Source: an uncultured Candidatus Saccharibacteria bacterium
GTDB taxonomy: Bacteria > Patescibacteriota > Minisyncoccia > UBA6257 > 2-01-FULL-56-20
Direction of reading: 5' to 3'
Length of the DNA: 64,000 nucleotides
NCBI GenBank assembly: GCA_964361095.1
Contig: CAYHZA010000003.1
Coordinates: forward strand, 31,773 to 95,772
Shown: positions 36,748-45,359 of the stretch, in pieces
Numbering within the stretch: the first letter of the stretch is position 1
Layout: each line of letters begins with the position of its first letter
Notes under the pieces: generated by a model
What the model was told of the DNA's origin: nothing
The model's input: only the letters and a program-made list of their open reading frames with translations
The model's database searches: none
Made by a program: the position numbers and the translations under genes

Positions 36748-36821
36748 TGGAGGGGGATACGAGAATCGAACTCGCGTCTCAACCTTGGGAAGGTCACGTA
36801 CTACCACTGTACTAATCCCCC
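36748..36821 (-). tRNA. tRNA-Gly (anticodon CCC)
   Basis: Manual fold of the minus strand. GGGGGAT/ATCCCCC acceptor; D-arm GTAC-AGTGGTA-GTAC; anticodon stem TGACC/GGTTG with loop UUCCCAA; T-arm GCGAG-TTCGATT-CTCGT; discriminator U; CCA encoded. Confidence 0.7.
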
Positions 36822-36849
36822 GTTATTCAACTATTTTTTTGTTTGGTGC

Positions 36850-36886
36850 GAGATTGCGATTTGTCTAAAAATTCTACGCGCGCTTG
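36850..36886. terminator. perfect 12-bp inverted repeat (bidirectional terminator-like)
   Basis: GTCTAAAAATTC tacgcgcgct TGAATTTTTAGAC, between the permease gene (+) and tRNA-Gly (-). Confidence 0.4.
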
Positions 36887-37112
36887 AATTTTTAGACAAA
36901 TCGAGAAGAAGGTTCCGCCTACTGGCGGATACTGCCACTGTACTACTCTCGCAAAATGAACGGGATTGCGTTTTGTAACTTCGCTCCGCCTCAGACAAAA
37001 CGGGAAGAAGGTCGCGTTCTGCCACTGAACCATACCCGCCTGCGCTCGCCGTAGCGAGCTTTGGTGAACAAACCCGCTTGATTGCAAGGGCAAGAAGCTT
37101 CTTGATGGTATT

Positions 37113-37784
37113 CTACTTACTTTTAATTAAAGGCACAAACACAAATCCGGCATACTCTTTCTTTATAAACACATCATCAGCGTGCTTGTCAAAGGTAAAA
37201 ATACTCTTTCCGATAGGAGCAACGATGCGGCCGCCGACTTCGAGTTGCTTCTTCCACGCAAGGGGAATACCTTTTGGGGAAGACGCGGCGGCAATAATCT
37301 TATTAAACTTGCCCGGGGAAAGCATCTCGGGTGGAACTCCCTGTGTCGCGTCACCGAGAAGAACTTCCACGATCCCACGCCCGATAAAACCGTACTTCTC
37401 GATATTTTCTTCGGCTATTGCTTTAAGTTCGGGAACGATTTCCAATCCAAAAACCTTCGCGTGAATTACTTCCTGATCCGTCGATGAAGGATTTTTACTA
37501 ACCATATAAGCAAGAAGGGATGTTTGCCAACCGGATCCCACGCCGACATCAAGCACTTTCTCGTCCGGCCGCGGATCCAAAAGCTCAAGCATAAACGCGA
37601 CCGTGAGGGGCTGGGAAATCGTCTGCCCAAACCCGATCGGCAATGCTTTGTTATCATAGGCGCGATTTTCGAGCTCACGCGGAACAAAATCTTTCCGATC
37701 GATCGCGTTCAACGCTTCAGTGAGAAGCGGAGATTTTAAATACCCGTCCCGAATTAATTCTTGGATAAGCGCTTCTTTCGTCAT
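37113..37784 (-). CDS. pcm: protein-L-isoaspartate O-methyltransferase
   Basis: TISQPLTVAFMLELL ... VLDVGVGSGWQTSLLA is the SAM methyltransferase motif I. Confidence 0.85.
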   Translation of the reverse strand: MTKEALIQELIRDGYLKSPLLTEALNAIDRKDFVPRELENRAYDNKALPIGFGQTISQPLTVAFMLELLDPRPDEKVLDVGVGSGWQTSLLAYMVSKNPSSTDQEVIHAKVFGLEIVPELKAIAEENIEKYGFIGRGIVEVLLGDATQGVPPEMLSPGKFNKIIAAASSPKGIPLAWKKQLEVGGRIVAPIGKSIFTFDKHADDVFIKKEYAGFVFVPLIKSK

Positions 37785-38377
37785 TGCTTTCGCTCCTCCT
37801 TCGGATCACGAAGTTTTACTTGTCCCTCTTCCCAAATAAAATCTCCCGAGAAAATCTTTACTGTGCTTTCTTTCCTCGCGGCCGTGAGCCACTCATCAAT
37901 TTTTTCTCCTCGCAGAATAAGCCGAGCAGTCAAAAGATCCTTTTCCGCCTGTGGGATAAGTATTCCTCGCTTAAAATCTTCGAAGTCTAATCCATAAAGC
38001 GTTTCCGCACCGCGTTGAAATTCTAAATCATCGTTAAATCGGTCAATTTTACCGGCCAAAAGTCGATCGAACTCTTTGCCCAATTCCTGCCGCGCCGCTT
38101 TTCCAATTACCATAGTATCCACCAATTGATTAAGAACGGAAAGCTGAAGATTCATCACGGTTATATCGGTATTCTCCGAAAAAAGAGCCGGCTTATACGC
38201 CTTTATGTTCGTATAATACGAAAAATTCGCGCGATAATCTTTTCTAAATTGACGGCTGGTAATAAATGATCCGTTCACGGACCCTATCGGATAATATCCG
38301 GCGGAAAAAATAAAAAACGAGAGAAGCCCCAAAGAAATCATACCCAAGAAAATTCCGAAAAAACGATAATCCTTCAT
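37781..38377 (-). CDS. hypothetical membrane-anchored protein
   Basis: 198 aa with an N-terminal TM helix. Overlaps the pcm start by 4 nt. Confidence 0.4.
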   Translation of the reverse strand: MKDYRFFGIFLGMISLGLLSFFIFSAGYYPIGSVNGSFITSRQFRKDYRANFSYYTNIKAYKPALFSENTDITVMNLQLSVLNQLVDTMVIGKAARQELGKEFDRLLAGKIDRFNDDLEFQRGAETLYGLDFEDFKRGILIPQAEKDLLTARLILRGEKIDEWLTAARKESTVKIFSGDFIWEEGQVKLRDPKEERKQ

Positions 38378-38391
38378 ATACGGCGAAAGCC

Positions 38392-38688
38392 CTATGGATT
38401 CGTTGAGGTCGCGGTCGATGAGCCCGCGTAAGGCACGGTGATAATTAATTTTTCTCCCGGTTTGCGATAGTTGAAACGCTCCCGAATTGCCTTTTCGAGA
38501 TTCGCCGGTTGGCTATAGTACCGAAGATCCGATTTAAGCTTAGCTTCGTCACTCTCCGCTTTTTGTAGTTCCTTCTCCATACTTTGCAATTCTTGCCGCA
38601 CTTCATTGCGGCGCGTGAACGAAGAATAAATCTGCGCTCCAATGAGTGCCGAGAAAAGAAGAATACCGATAACGCCTATGACGCGCAT
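38392..38688 (-). CDS. septum formation initiator (FtsB/DivIC-like)
   Basis: N-terminal TM helix followed by a coiled coil (RRNEVRQELQSMEKELQKAESDEAKLKSDL). Confidence 0.55.
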   Translation of the reverse strand: MRVIGVIGILLFSALIGAQIYSSFTRRNEVRQELQSMEKELQKAESDEAKLKSDLRYYSQPANLEKAIRERFNYRKPGEKLIITVPYAGSSTATSTNP

Positions 38689-38764
38689 ATGCCCTTAGGA
38701 TAACGTGCGAAAAACGGAAAAGCAAAAACGATACAATGGCGTAATACAAAACCAAGTTCTTTCT

Positions 38765-39000
38765 GCGCGGCTATGAAGCCGAACGGGTATGGTGTCCCGC
38801 CTCGTATGTCCTTCGACACCGGGCGTCCACGTGCTCCGGCGGCACATGGCGCCCTACGCTCTCGGTATTCGGAATTCCTACGGAATACCGAGCTCCGAAT
38901 GCCTCCGAGAGTTGTCTCAAGACATACGAGGCGGGACGAGAGAGGCCGAATGCCAATGAGAACTCACGCCGGGAGTTCGAGTGGTAGCAGAAAGAACTGG
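38765..39000. repeat. GC-rich, highly structured palindromic element E1 (RPE-like; alternatively a small ncRNA)
   Basis: A 17-bp long-range helix (GTCCCGCCTCGTATGTC ... GACATACGAGGCGGGAC) and nested hairpins. Both termini are homologous to an in-frame segment of valS (11848-11945). Overlapping ORFs give low-complexity, R-rich translations. Confidence 0.45.
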
Positions 39001-39025
39001 GTTTTTCAAACAACCTCACTCAATG

Positions 39026-40798
39026 CTACTTTTTCAGTATTGCCCGAAACACCTCAACGGGAAGGTTTACACGCGCGGTTTCCTTAAGGCGTTCTTTCCC
39101 TCGCTTCTGTTTTTTCCATAATTTCATCTTTCGGCTACGATCTCCCCCATAGAGGTATCCGGTAACATCCTTGCGAAGCGCCGCGATCGTCTCGCGCGCG
39201 ATAATTTTTCCTCCGGTTCTCGCTTGAATGGCTTGGGTGAATTGTTGTTTCGGCAAAAGTTCTTTTAACTTTTCCGCCGTTGTCCTCGCCTCCCGCTCTA
39301 TGTCCTTACGCGGGACCACTCGCGTGAGCGCCTCCACGACATCCCCCGCGATAAGAATCTCAAGCTTTTGAACCTCGGCAAGCGATTCACCGTCAAGTTC
39401 GTAGTTAAAAGAAGCGTACCCCGCCGTAATGGACTTCAGGTAGTCGTCGAAATCGCGCAAGAGTTCCGCAAGCGGCATGCGCGCGACCATAAGAACATTT
39501 TCACCTAAATTTTTTATATCAATCACCTCAAAACTAAAAAGGGTTTTCGCTCCGACCACCTGATTCACGTAGGATGACGGCGTTAAAATTTCGAGCTTAA
39601 TGATCGGTTGGAATACCTGATCTGGATGCTCCGGAAAATCTTTTGCCTGTTTTACCGTATACTCCCGTCCCCCGTCTTTCACGCGATACGCAACCGAAGG
39701 AAAGCTCGTAATAAAGTCGAGGCCGAATTCGTCACGAAGACGACTCGCGGTAATTTCAAAGTGGAGCTGCCCCAAGAAACCGATTTTTAGTCCACGCCCG
39801 AGCGCTTCGTTCGACTCCGGCTCAACGTCAAGCGCGGGATCGCTCAAGCGAAGTTTCGAAAGCGAAGAGAGAAGAACTTCGAATTCGGTATCGCCGTCGG
39901 GATAAAAAGAAATAAACACAACAGGAGCCGGATCTCGATACCCCGTAAGAGATGCCGTTGTAGAATCCTTCGCGACCGTATCCCCGATCTTCACCAAATC
40001 GGTTTCCTTAAGACCCGTTGCGATATACCCGATTTCCCCCGCAGAGAGACTGGGAATTGTTTTGAGTTGCGGCATAAAACTGCCGACTTCTTTTATTTTG
40101 AATCGCGTGTGGCTCGCGCGCAGATACACCTCCTCACCCGCGCGAAGAGAACCGCTAAAAAGACGTACGAACGCGATAATGCCTTTATGTTCATCGTAAA
40201 GAGAATCAAAGATAAGCGCTGTCGTCTCTTTTTTTGAACCCGTGGGTGCGGGCACGTCGCGAATTACCGCGCGAAGAAGTTCCGTGACGCCGCTCCCTGT
40301 TTTCGCTGATACTTTGAAAATTTCCTCCGTCGTAACGTCTAAAAGTTCCGCGACCGACTCAATAACTTTTTGAAGATTCGGAAGGAGAAGATCTATTTTA
40401 TTGACGGCGCCGATAATCTTAAGACCTGCCTTCCGCGCGGAACGGAGATTAGAAAGGGTTTGCGCCTGAATTCCCTTCGCTCCGTCAACCAAAAGAATCG
40501 CGCCCTCAACGGCCGCCAAAGCCCGAGAAACTTCATAGGAAAAATCCGAATGTCCGGGCGTATCGATAAGATTCAACATATACGGCTCCCCGTCCTGCAC
40601 ATACGACATCCGAACAGGAGCCATCTTAATCGTAATCCCCCGCTCGCGCTCGAGTTCGAGCTGATCCAGATACTGCGGCCGCATCCGCCGCGCTTCAACC
40701 GTACCGGTCACCTCCAAAAGCCGGTCCGCAAGCGTGGACTTACCGTGGTCAATGTGGGCGATTATTACGAAGTTACGGATATTCTTAGTGTTTTCCAT
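39026..40798 (-). CDS. lepA: elongation factor 4
   Basis: MENTKNIRNFVIIAHIDHGKSTLADRLLE... GTPase. The ORF track extends it 5' to 40945 through a duplicated pseudo-start region. Confidence 0.9.
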   Translation of the reverse strand: MENTKNIRNFVIIAHIDHGKSTLADRLLEVTGTVEARRMRPQYLDQLELERERGITIKMAPVRMSYVQDGEPYMLNLIDTPGHSDFSYEVSRALAAVEGAILLVDGAKGIQAQTLSNLRSARKAGLKIIGAVNKIDLLLPNLQKVIESVAELLDVTTEEIFKVSAKTGSGVTELLRAVIRDVPAPTGSKKETTALIFDSLYDEHKGIIAFVRLFSGSLRAGEEVYLRASHTRFKIKEVGSFMPQLKTIPSLSAGEIGYIATGLKETDLVKIGDTVAKDSTTASLTGYRDPAPVVFISFYPDGDTEFEVLLSSLSKLRLSDPALDVEPESNEALGRGLKIGFLGQLHFEITASRLRDEFGLDFITSFPSVAYRVKDGGREYTVKQAKDFPEHPDQVFQPIIKLEILTPSSYVNQVVGAKTLFSFEVIDIKNLGENVLMVARMPLAELLRDFDDYLKSITAGYASFNYELDGESLAEVQKLEILIAGDVVEALTRVVPRKDIEREARTTAEKLKELLPKQQFTQAIQARTGGKIIARETIAALRKDVTGYLYGGDRSRKMKLWKKQKRGKERLKETARVNLPVEVFRAILKK

Positions 40799-40807
40799 AT
40801 TTAAAAA

Positions 40808-40979
40808 ATTGCCCACATTGATCGGGAAAGGGGTCGGGAAAACGGGAGTTTTCCCGTATAGGAAAGTTGCTGAAAACCGAGAGGTTGTCAGGGAGCGAGT
40901 TGCTGTATAGCGACTCGCGACGGTCGATATGCGCAATAATAACAAAATTCCGGATATTTTCAGCCGTTTTTTCGTTCAT
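40808..40979 (-). repeat. REP-like hairpin element plus a roughly 55-nt duplication of the lepA 5' end (a second MNEKTAENIRNFVIIAHID start)
   Basis: The minus strand reads ATGAACGAAAAAACGGCTGAAAATATCCGGAATTTTGTTATTATTGCGCATATCGAC, then the element CGTCGCGAGTCGCTATACAGCAACTCGCTCCCTGACAACC...GGGAAAACTCCCGTTTTCCC, then the real lepA ATG. Confidence 0.5.
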
Positions 40980-41042
40980 AAGTACGCCTAACTATATCCG
41001 AATGCTTCATTATTGGCCAATCCGTTAACCAACGGATAAATT

Positions 41043-43235
41043 CTATCCTCGAATCTTCTCCAACGTTAAATCAAGAATGACACGCCCATCCGGATCATCC
41101 GACGAGTACTCAAACGTCGGCAATCCATTTTCCTGCCAGCGAAATCCATAGGGCGCGTTAATTTCAAACATATAAGTGCTTTGCACTCCGGGCTGTTTAT
41201 CGAATACGAAACGATATGCTTGGCCCGCCTTCGGCGACGCGAGAAGCTTGTAGGTATAGTCGAAAACCGCATCACGCTTCTCTCCAAGTGGGACCTTCAT
41301 CCACGTCGCGAAAACGCTCCGATCATACTCCTCAAAAAGACGCACCGCGGGATAGTTCAAGTGAGCTCTCCCGGTCGCCTCCACGCGCGCAACTGCTTCA
41401 TCAACCGCATATTGTTCTTTCGCATACTGCGCCCGCGGAATAATCTTTTTTTCTACACCGCCGCTCGCATTGGTAAGCTTCGCGGTTGGTGGAGCGAATA
41501 TTTTAAGATACGCGACATGCGGCGCTCGATGCCAAGCATCGACGCTTTTTTTACCTTGATGTTCTTTGCTCACCACTAAGTGATTATTCACCGTCCCATC
41601 GTCTTCTATTTGGCTCTGGAGAAACACTTTTTGTTTCACGTAAAGATCTGTTTTTTCTCCTCCGATATTCGACGTCACTACGGCAAGGTAGTCACCCATG
41701 GAATCCTTGGGAATCGAATAGATACTTCCGGTCCAATTATAATAGTTGAAAAATCTTTGAAAATTTTGATCTTTAAAGTAAAAAACAAGATCCTTCTTAT
41801 CAAGCCATGTGCGGAAAAGAGAGAAAAGCTTGTCCTGGTCGTCTTCGCTTATGCGCGATAGCTTCTCGAGAAGTAAGAGCGTTACTTTTTTGAGAATTAC
41901 TTTCGGTTCGGATGACCCCGCGCCGCGCTTCTCTTGTATAATCCTTTGGAGCTCTTGGAGAAAATTGTCCTTGGTGAGCGTCGTACGGTATTCGGGAATC
42001 TCTATTGGACCGGAGAGCGCGAGAATATCCTGGGCTACCCTTCCCGAAATCCCCGCCGCGCCGTCGAAGCGTATCGTATCCCCATATAATTTAGATGCTT
42101 CCAAGAACGAAAGAACCTTTGAAGCCGAATCTGAAAAATCAAAAAACCAATTGGCATCGGCAGCCCGCCAACGGGTCACGAGCGCCTGAAGCGGTTCGGG
42201 CGGAACAACTTTGAGATCCAAAAGACGGTCGGCGTCGCTGATGTCATGCACTTCGATATTTTCTATATTGCCGTTCCTTATCGAAAGATCGGCGTAGCTT
42301 CCGATAAATCCTCCGCTTGGGCGCATCTCGGAAGGATTCTCAAAAAATACGGCGAAATGCCGCGGAGCATCGGAAGATTTGAGCCACCCCGTGAATGCTC
42401 CAAGAAAATCATGGAATCGCTTTATCTCGACCTGAAACGGAAGATATTCATCAAACGCGACTGGGAGAACTCCTTTGAATTTCCCCGCCGTCGCGGAAAG
42501 ATCGGACGTTTCTTTTAATATCGCTCCTAACGCGCCCTGCGCCTTTTCAAGATGGCCGATAAATTCGCCGCCTTGCTGCTTGAAAAGAAAATCCTTCGAG
42601 CTTTTTTTCGCCGCTTCGAGTTCTTGACCCAAGAGAAGCGCCTGGCCCCCTAAACTTTGGAATGCCGCAAATGTCTTCCCTCCCTCCTGAATTAACGGCA
42701 CAAAATTACCCACCAGCGTGCGTAAATCCGAAAACAAGGACTCATTTCCTGTGTTTGTGTTTTTTCTTACTTCAGAAGAACCCCTGGCTCCCTCTCCCGC
42801 GTCCGTCTGCCCCAAAAAATCAAGGCGCGAAACCGCAGATTGGAACTGTTCAAAACTTACCGAAGCGGAGTTCAAAAGCTTGCGTTCGGAATGATAAAAA
42901 AAAGTAGCGGCAACTGCGCCGCCTACGATAAGCACAAGGGTAATCGCAAGCGCCATTTCCCCGAGCCGCCGATTCTTTCGCGGGGCATGATCCATGGCAT
43001 ATCCTCGTAGCACGGTTTTCGTCGTTTCCGGTTTTGAAAAAATGCCCGGAGCTTTTGTCGAATCAATTGGTGGCTCATCGAAGACAGCTTCTTCGATCGG
43101 CACTTCGGACACAACGTGATGCGGATGCCGAACGTCGGAAATATGGCGTGAAATATTTTTTCTGGAAACGTGTTTCATCGCTTCAATTATTGTACCACCC
43201 GAACGAACCTCGCGAAAGCCGCGTGCGGCGGCCAA
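41043..43235 (-). CDS. DUF4012-like membrane-anchored protein
   Basis: 730 aa. TM near residue 95. FENPSEMRPSGGFIGSYADLSI motif. Assigned from memory of the family. Confidence 0.45.
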   Translation of the reverse strand: MAAARGFREVRSGGTIIEAMKHVSRKNISRHISDVRHPHHVVSEVPIEEAVFDEPPIDSTKAPGIFSKPETTKTVLRGYAMDHAPRKNRRLGEMALAITLVLIVGGAVAATFFYHSERKLLNSASVSFEQFQSAVSRLDFLGQTDAGEGARGSSEVRKNTNTGNESLFSDLRTLVGNFVPLIQEGGKTFAAFQSLGGQALLLGQELEAAKKSSKDFLFKQQGGEFIGHLEKAQGALGAILKETSDLSATAGKFKGVLPVAFDEYLPFQVEIKRFHDFLGAFTGWLKSSDAPRHFAVFFENPSEMRPSGGFIGSYADLSIRNGNIENIEVHDISDADRLLDLKVVPPEPLQALVTRWRAADANWFFDFSDSASKVLSFLEASKLYGDTIRFDGAAGISGRVAQDILALSGPIEIPEYRTTLTKDNFLQELQRIIQEKRGAGSSEPKVILKKVTLLLLEKLSRISEDDQDKLFSLFRTWLDKKDLVFYFKDQNFQRFFNYYNWTGSIYSIPKDSMGDYLAVVTSNIGGEKTDLYVKQKVFLQSQIEDDGTVNNHLVVSKEHQGKKSVDAWHRAPHVAYLKIFAPPTAKLTNASGGVEKKIIPRAQYAKEQYAVDEAVARVEATGRAHLNYPAVRLFEEYDRSVFATWMKVPLGEKRDAVFDYTYKLLASPKAGQAYRFVFDKQPGVQSTYMFEINAPYGFRWQENGLPTFEYSSDDPDGRVILDLTLEKIRG

Positions 43236-43243
43236 AATAAAAA

Positions 43244-44077
43244 TTACTTATAATATGTCCGATGAGGAACTCGAAAATCCACGTATTCAAGTTTTTGAAA
43301 CTCACCCTCCCTCTTCAACGCTTGAACCACTTCACGGCTCTCATCGGCAGGAAATCGCAGAGAAAAATAGAGTGTCGGACCGTCGTAGGTAGCAATCTCA
43401 ATCTCTTCTTTGTCCAGATCTTTAAGCATAATGTTTTTAATCGCCACACCGCTGGCCTTCATCGTCGGGAATAAAGAAAAAAGCGCCGGAAGCATTCGCT
43501 CAGGGAGCACCGGAGAAAGGAGCGGGAGCGGATCATGCGAGTAGTCATGCACAACCGTAAGCAGGCTTCCTTCAGCTTCAAATGTTTTCTCAAAAATTAT
43601 TCCCTCATCGTCAAACCAAAAACATTCAACGGGGCTCTCTTTATTAAAACACCAAACACCGAGGGGCAAACGCTCTTCAACGTATACCGCGAGCGTGTCA
43701 TCCCAGTATTTTTTCTGAAGCGTAACGCGCTTGAGTTGGGGAATAAATTTCAAATCTTTTTCCTCCAGCACGTTCGGCCACGCGAGAAAATTCTCAATCG
43801 GTAGCCACCCACGGCCGTTTTTGAGCATCGTTCCCCGCAAAAGGTCAATAACTTGCGCGTCGGAGGTGCGTCGATCGAACGATACTTCTCCCGCGCGTAA
43901 TGCGTTCGGAATAATCGCAATGGTGCTAAATCTTAAAAAAGGAGCCCGGAAGAGAAACCACGCACTCACGAGGAGAACGGCAAAAACGACTCCTATGAGC
44001 ACTCCAATCCGAACATAGCGCCGTCGGCGTTCCTTTTTTTCTTGAACGTCAAAAATATAGTTTCCGACATCAGACAT
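43244..44077 (-). CDS. FtsQ/DivIB-like membrane protein (guess)
   Basis: 277 aa, N-terminal TM helix, POTRA-like region. Weak. Confidence 0.35.
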   Translation of the reverse strand: MSDVGNYIFDVQEKKERRRRYVRIGVLIGVVFAVLLVSAWFLFRAPFLRFSTIAIIPNALRAGEVSFDRRTSDAQVIDLLRGTMLKNGRGWLPIENFLAWPNVLEEKDLKFIPQLKRVTLQKKYWDDTLAVYVEERLPLGVWCFNKESPVECFWFDDEGIIFEKTFEAEGSLLTVVHDYSHDPLPLLSPVLPERMLPALFSLFPTMKASGVAIKNIMLKDLDKEEIEIATYDGPTLYFSLRFPADESREVVQALKREGEFQKLEYVDFRVPHRTYYK

Positions 44078-44177
44078 GTCATTAGTTTACCTCGTTAGAT
44101 CCCAAAAGCTCCAGTCTTCAAAACGGAACACGGGGTCAGAAAAAAGACCGCTCGTAAAAAACTCGGCATCATAGAAC

Positions 44178-45359
44178 TCACACCACAATCCGTTCCATAA
44201 GCGGATTAAGACGGGTCAGAAATTCATAGTGCGTCGTACCCGACTGCGCGGCGATCCCCTCCGCCGTTATCTCTGCCCCCCTGTCGCGCCCGATTAGGGT
44301 TGCACGATCTCCGATACGACATCCGATCCCCGTAACATCAAGAACTATGAGGTCCATAGAAACTCTCCCTAATACCTTCGCGCGCCGGCCATTTACAAGG
44401 GCAAAACCGATGCCCGAAAGCGATCGAGGAAATCCGTGCCAATAACCGATGGGTAGAATAGCCATTTTTGTGGGGCGCGTGACACGTTCCGTCAGGTCAT
44501 ACCCGACATAATCCCCTACCTTGAGATTTTTTATCTCTCCAATAAGCGCGTGCCAGCTTAAAACCGGAGACAAGGCATAACGCTTACCCGGAGCGAAAAG
44601 CGACTGCGTTTCGAGCTCTTTTGAAGGATACAAGCCGTACATTCCGATGCCGACTCTCACCGCGTCTTCATGATAGCGCTTATCAATCATCATGCCGCCC
44701 GTTGCCGCGCAATGTTTTATAAGAGAACGAAAGCCGGATGCTTCGAACATCTTGATCGCTTTTCTAAATTTTCGAAATTGTTCTTCGGTATACGTTGGAT
44801 AATTAATATCCTTCGCGGACGCAAAGTGAGTAAAAAGACCGCGAAGCTCCGGACGCGCCTTTTGGACGGCGCGTATGACCTTGGGAATTTCTTCGATATA
44901 AAACCCCTGCCGATGCATTCCCGTGTCCACCTTCACGTGAAAAAGCGGCGGATGCTTGAGGCGCGCGAGTTCTTGTAGCGCGTTAAAATTCGAAACGCTT
45001 ACCGTCACGTTCGCCTCTCTCGCTTCCCCTAAAAGCGCGGGCAAGGTATGCCCCAACACAAGAAGCGGTTTTTTTATTCCTACGCGCCGAAGCGCCAACG
45101 CCTCTACGAGACTATCAACGCAAAACCCGTCAATGCCGAATCCCTGGAGCAACGAGCTCCACGCAAAAAGTCCGTGCCCATACGCGTTTGATTTTACTAC
45201 CGCCCAAAGTTTTACACGGGGAGCGATGAATGAACGGAAAACATTATAATTTTTTCTTGCCGCTTGGGCATTCAACTCCACCCACGTGCGCACGCCCGCC
45301 AATTTTTTTTTCTTCAAAACGGCGGAAGACGAGTTACCCAATGATCTCTTGACCGACAT
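44178..45359 (-). CDS. alr: alanine racemase
   Basis: PLP site AVVKSNAYGHG. The likely start is MSVKRS; the ORF track extends to 45458 into serS. Confidence 0.8.
   Translation of the reverse strand: MSVKRSLGNSSSAVLKKKKLAGVRTWVELNAQAARKNYNVFRSFIAPRVKLWAVVKSNAYGHGLFAWSSLLQGFGIDGFCVDSLVEALALRRVGIKKPLLVLGHTLPALLGEAREANVTVSVSNFNALQELARLKHPPLFHVKVDTGMHRQGFYIEEIPKVIRAVQKARPELRGLFTHFASAKDINYPTYTEEQFRKFRKAIKMFEASGFRSLIKHCAATGGMMIDKRYHEDAVRVGIGMYGLYPSKELETQSLFAPGKRYALSPVLSWHALIGEIKNLKVGDYVGYDLTERVTRPTKMAILPIGYWHGFPRSLSGIGFALVNGRRAKVLGRVSMDLIVLDVTGIGCRIGDRATLIGRDRGAEITAEGIAAQSGTTHYEFLTRLNPLMERIVV

Noticed and set aside
36822-37075. Calling one or two additional intact tRNA genes next to tRNA-Gly
   Set aside because: Only acceptor and D-arm halves are recognisable and no anticodon or T arms can be formed. 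Kept as a finding (tRNA-like fragments) rather than as features.
38765-39000. Assigning the structured element to RNase P RNA, tmRNA, SRP RNA or 6S RNA
   Set aside because: None of the conserved motifs I know was found on either strand (P4 GGAAAGUCCGG for RNase P, the GGAAGCAGCC domain IV of SRP, or the tRNA-like GGUUCGA...CCA end of tmRNA). A homologous truncated copy also sits inside a coding gene.
38771-39087. ORFs 38773..39087 (+) and 38771..39019 (-) as protein-coding genes
   Set aside because: Both translate to low-complexity Arg/Pro/Ser-rich sequence. The DNA is a GC-rich, heavily base-paired element whose termini recur inside valS, so a repeat or ncRNA is more likely than a CDS.
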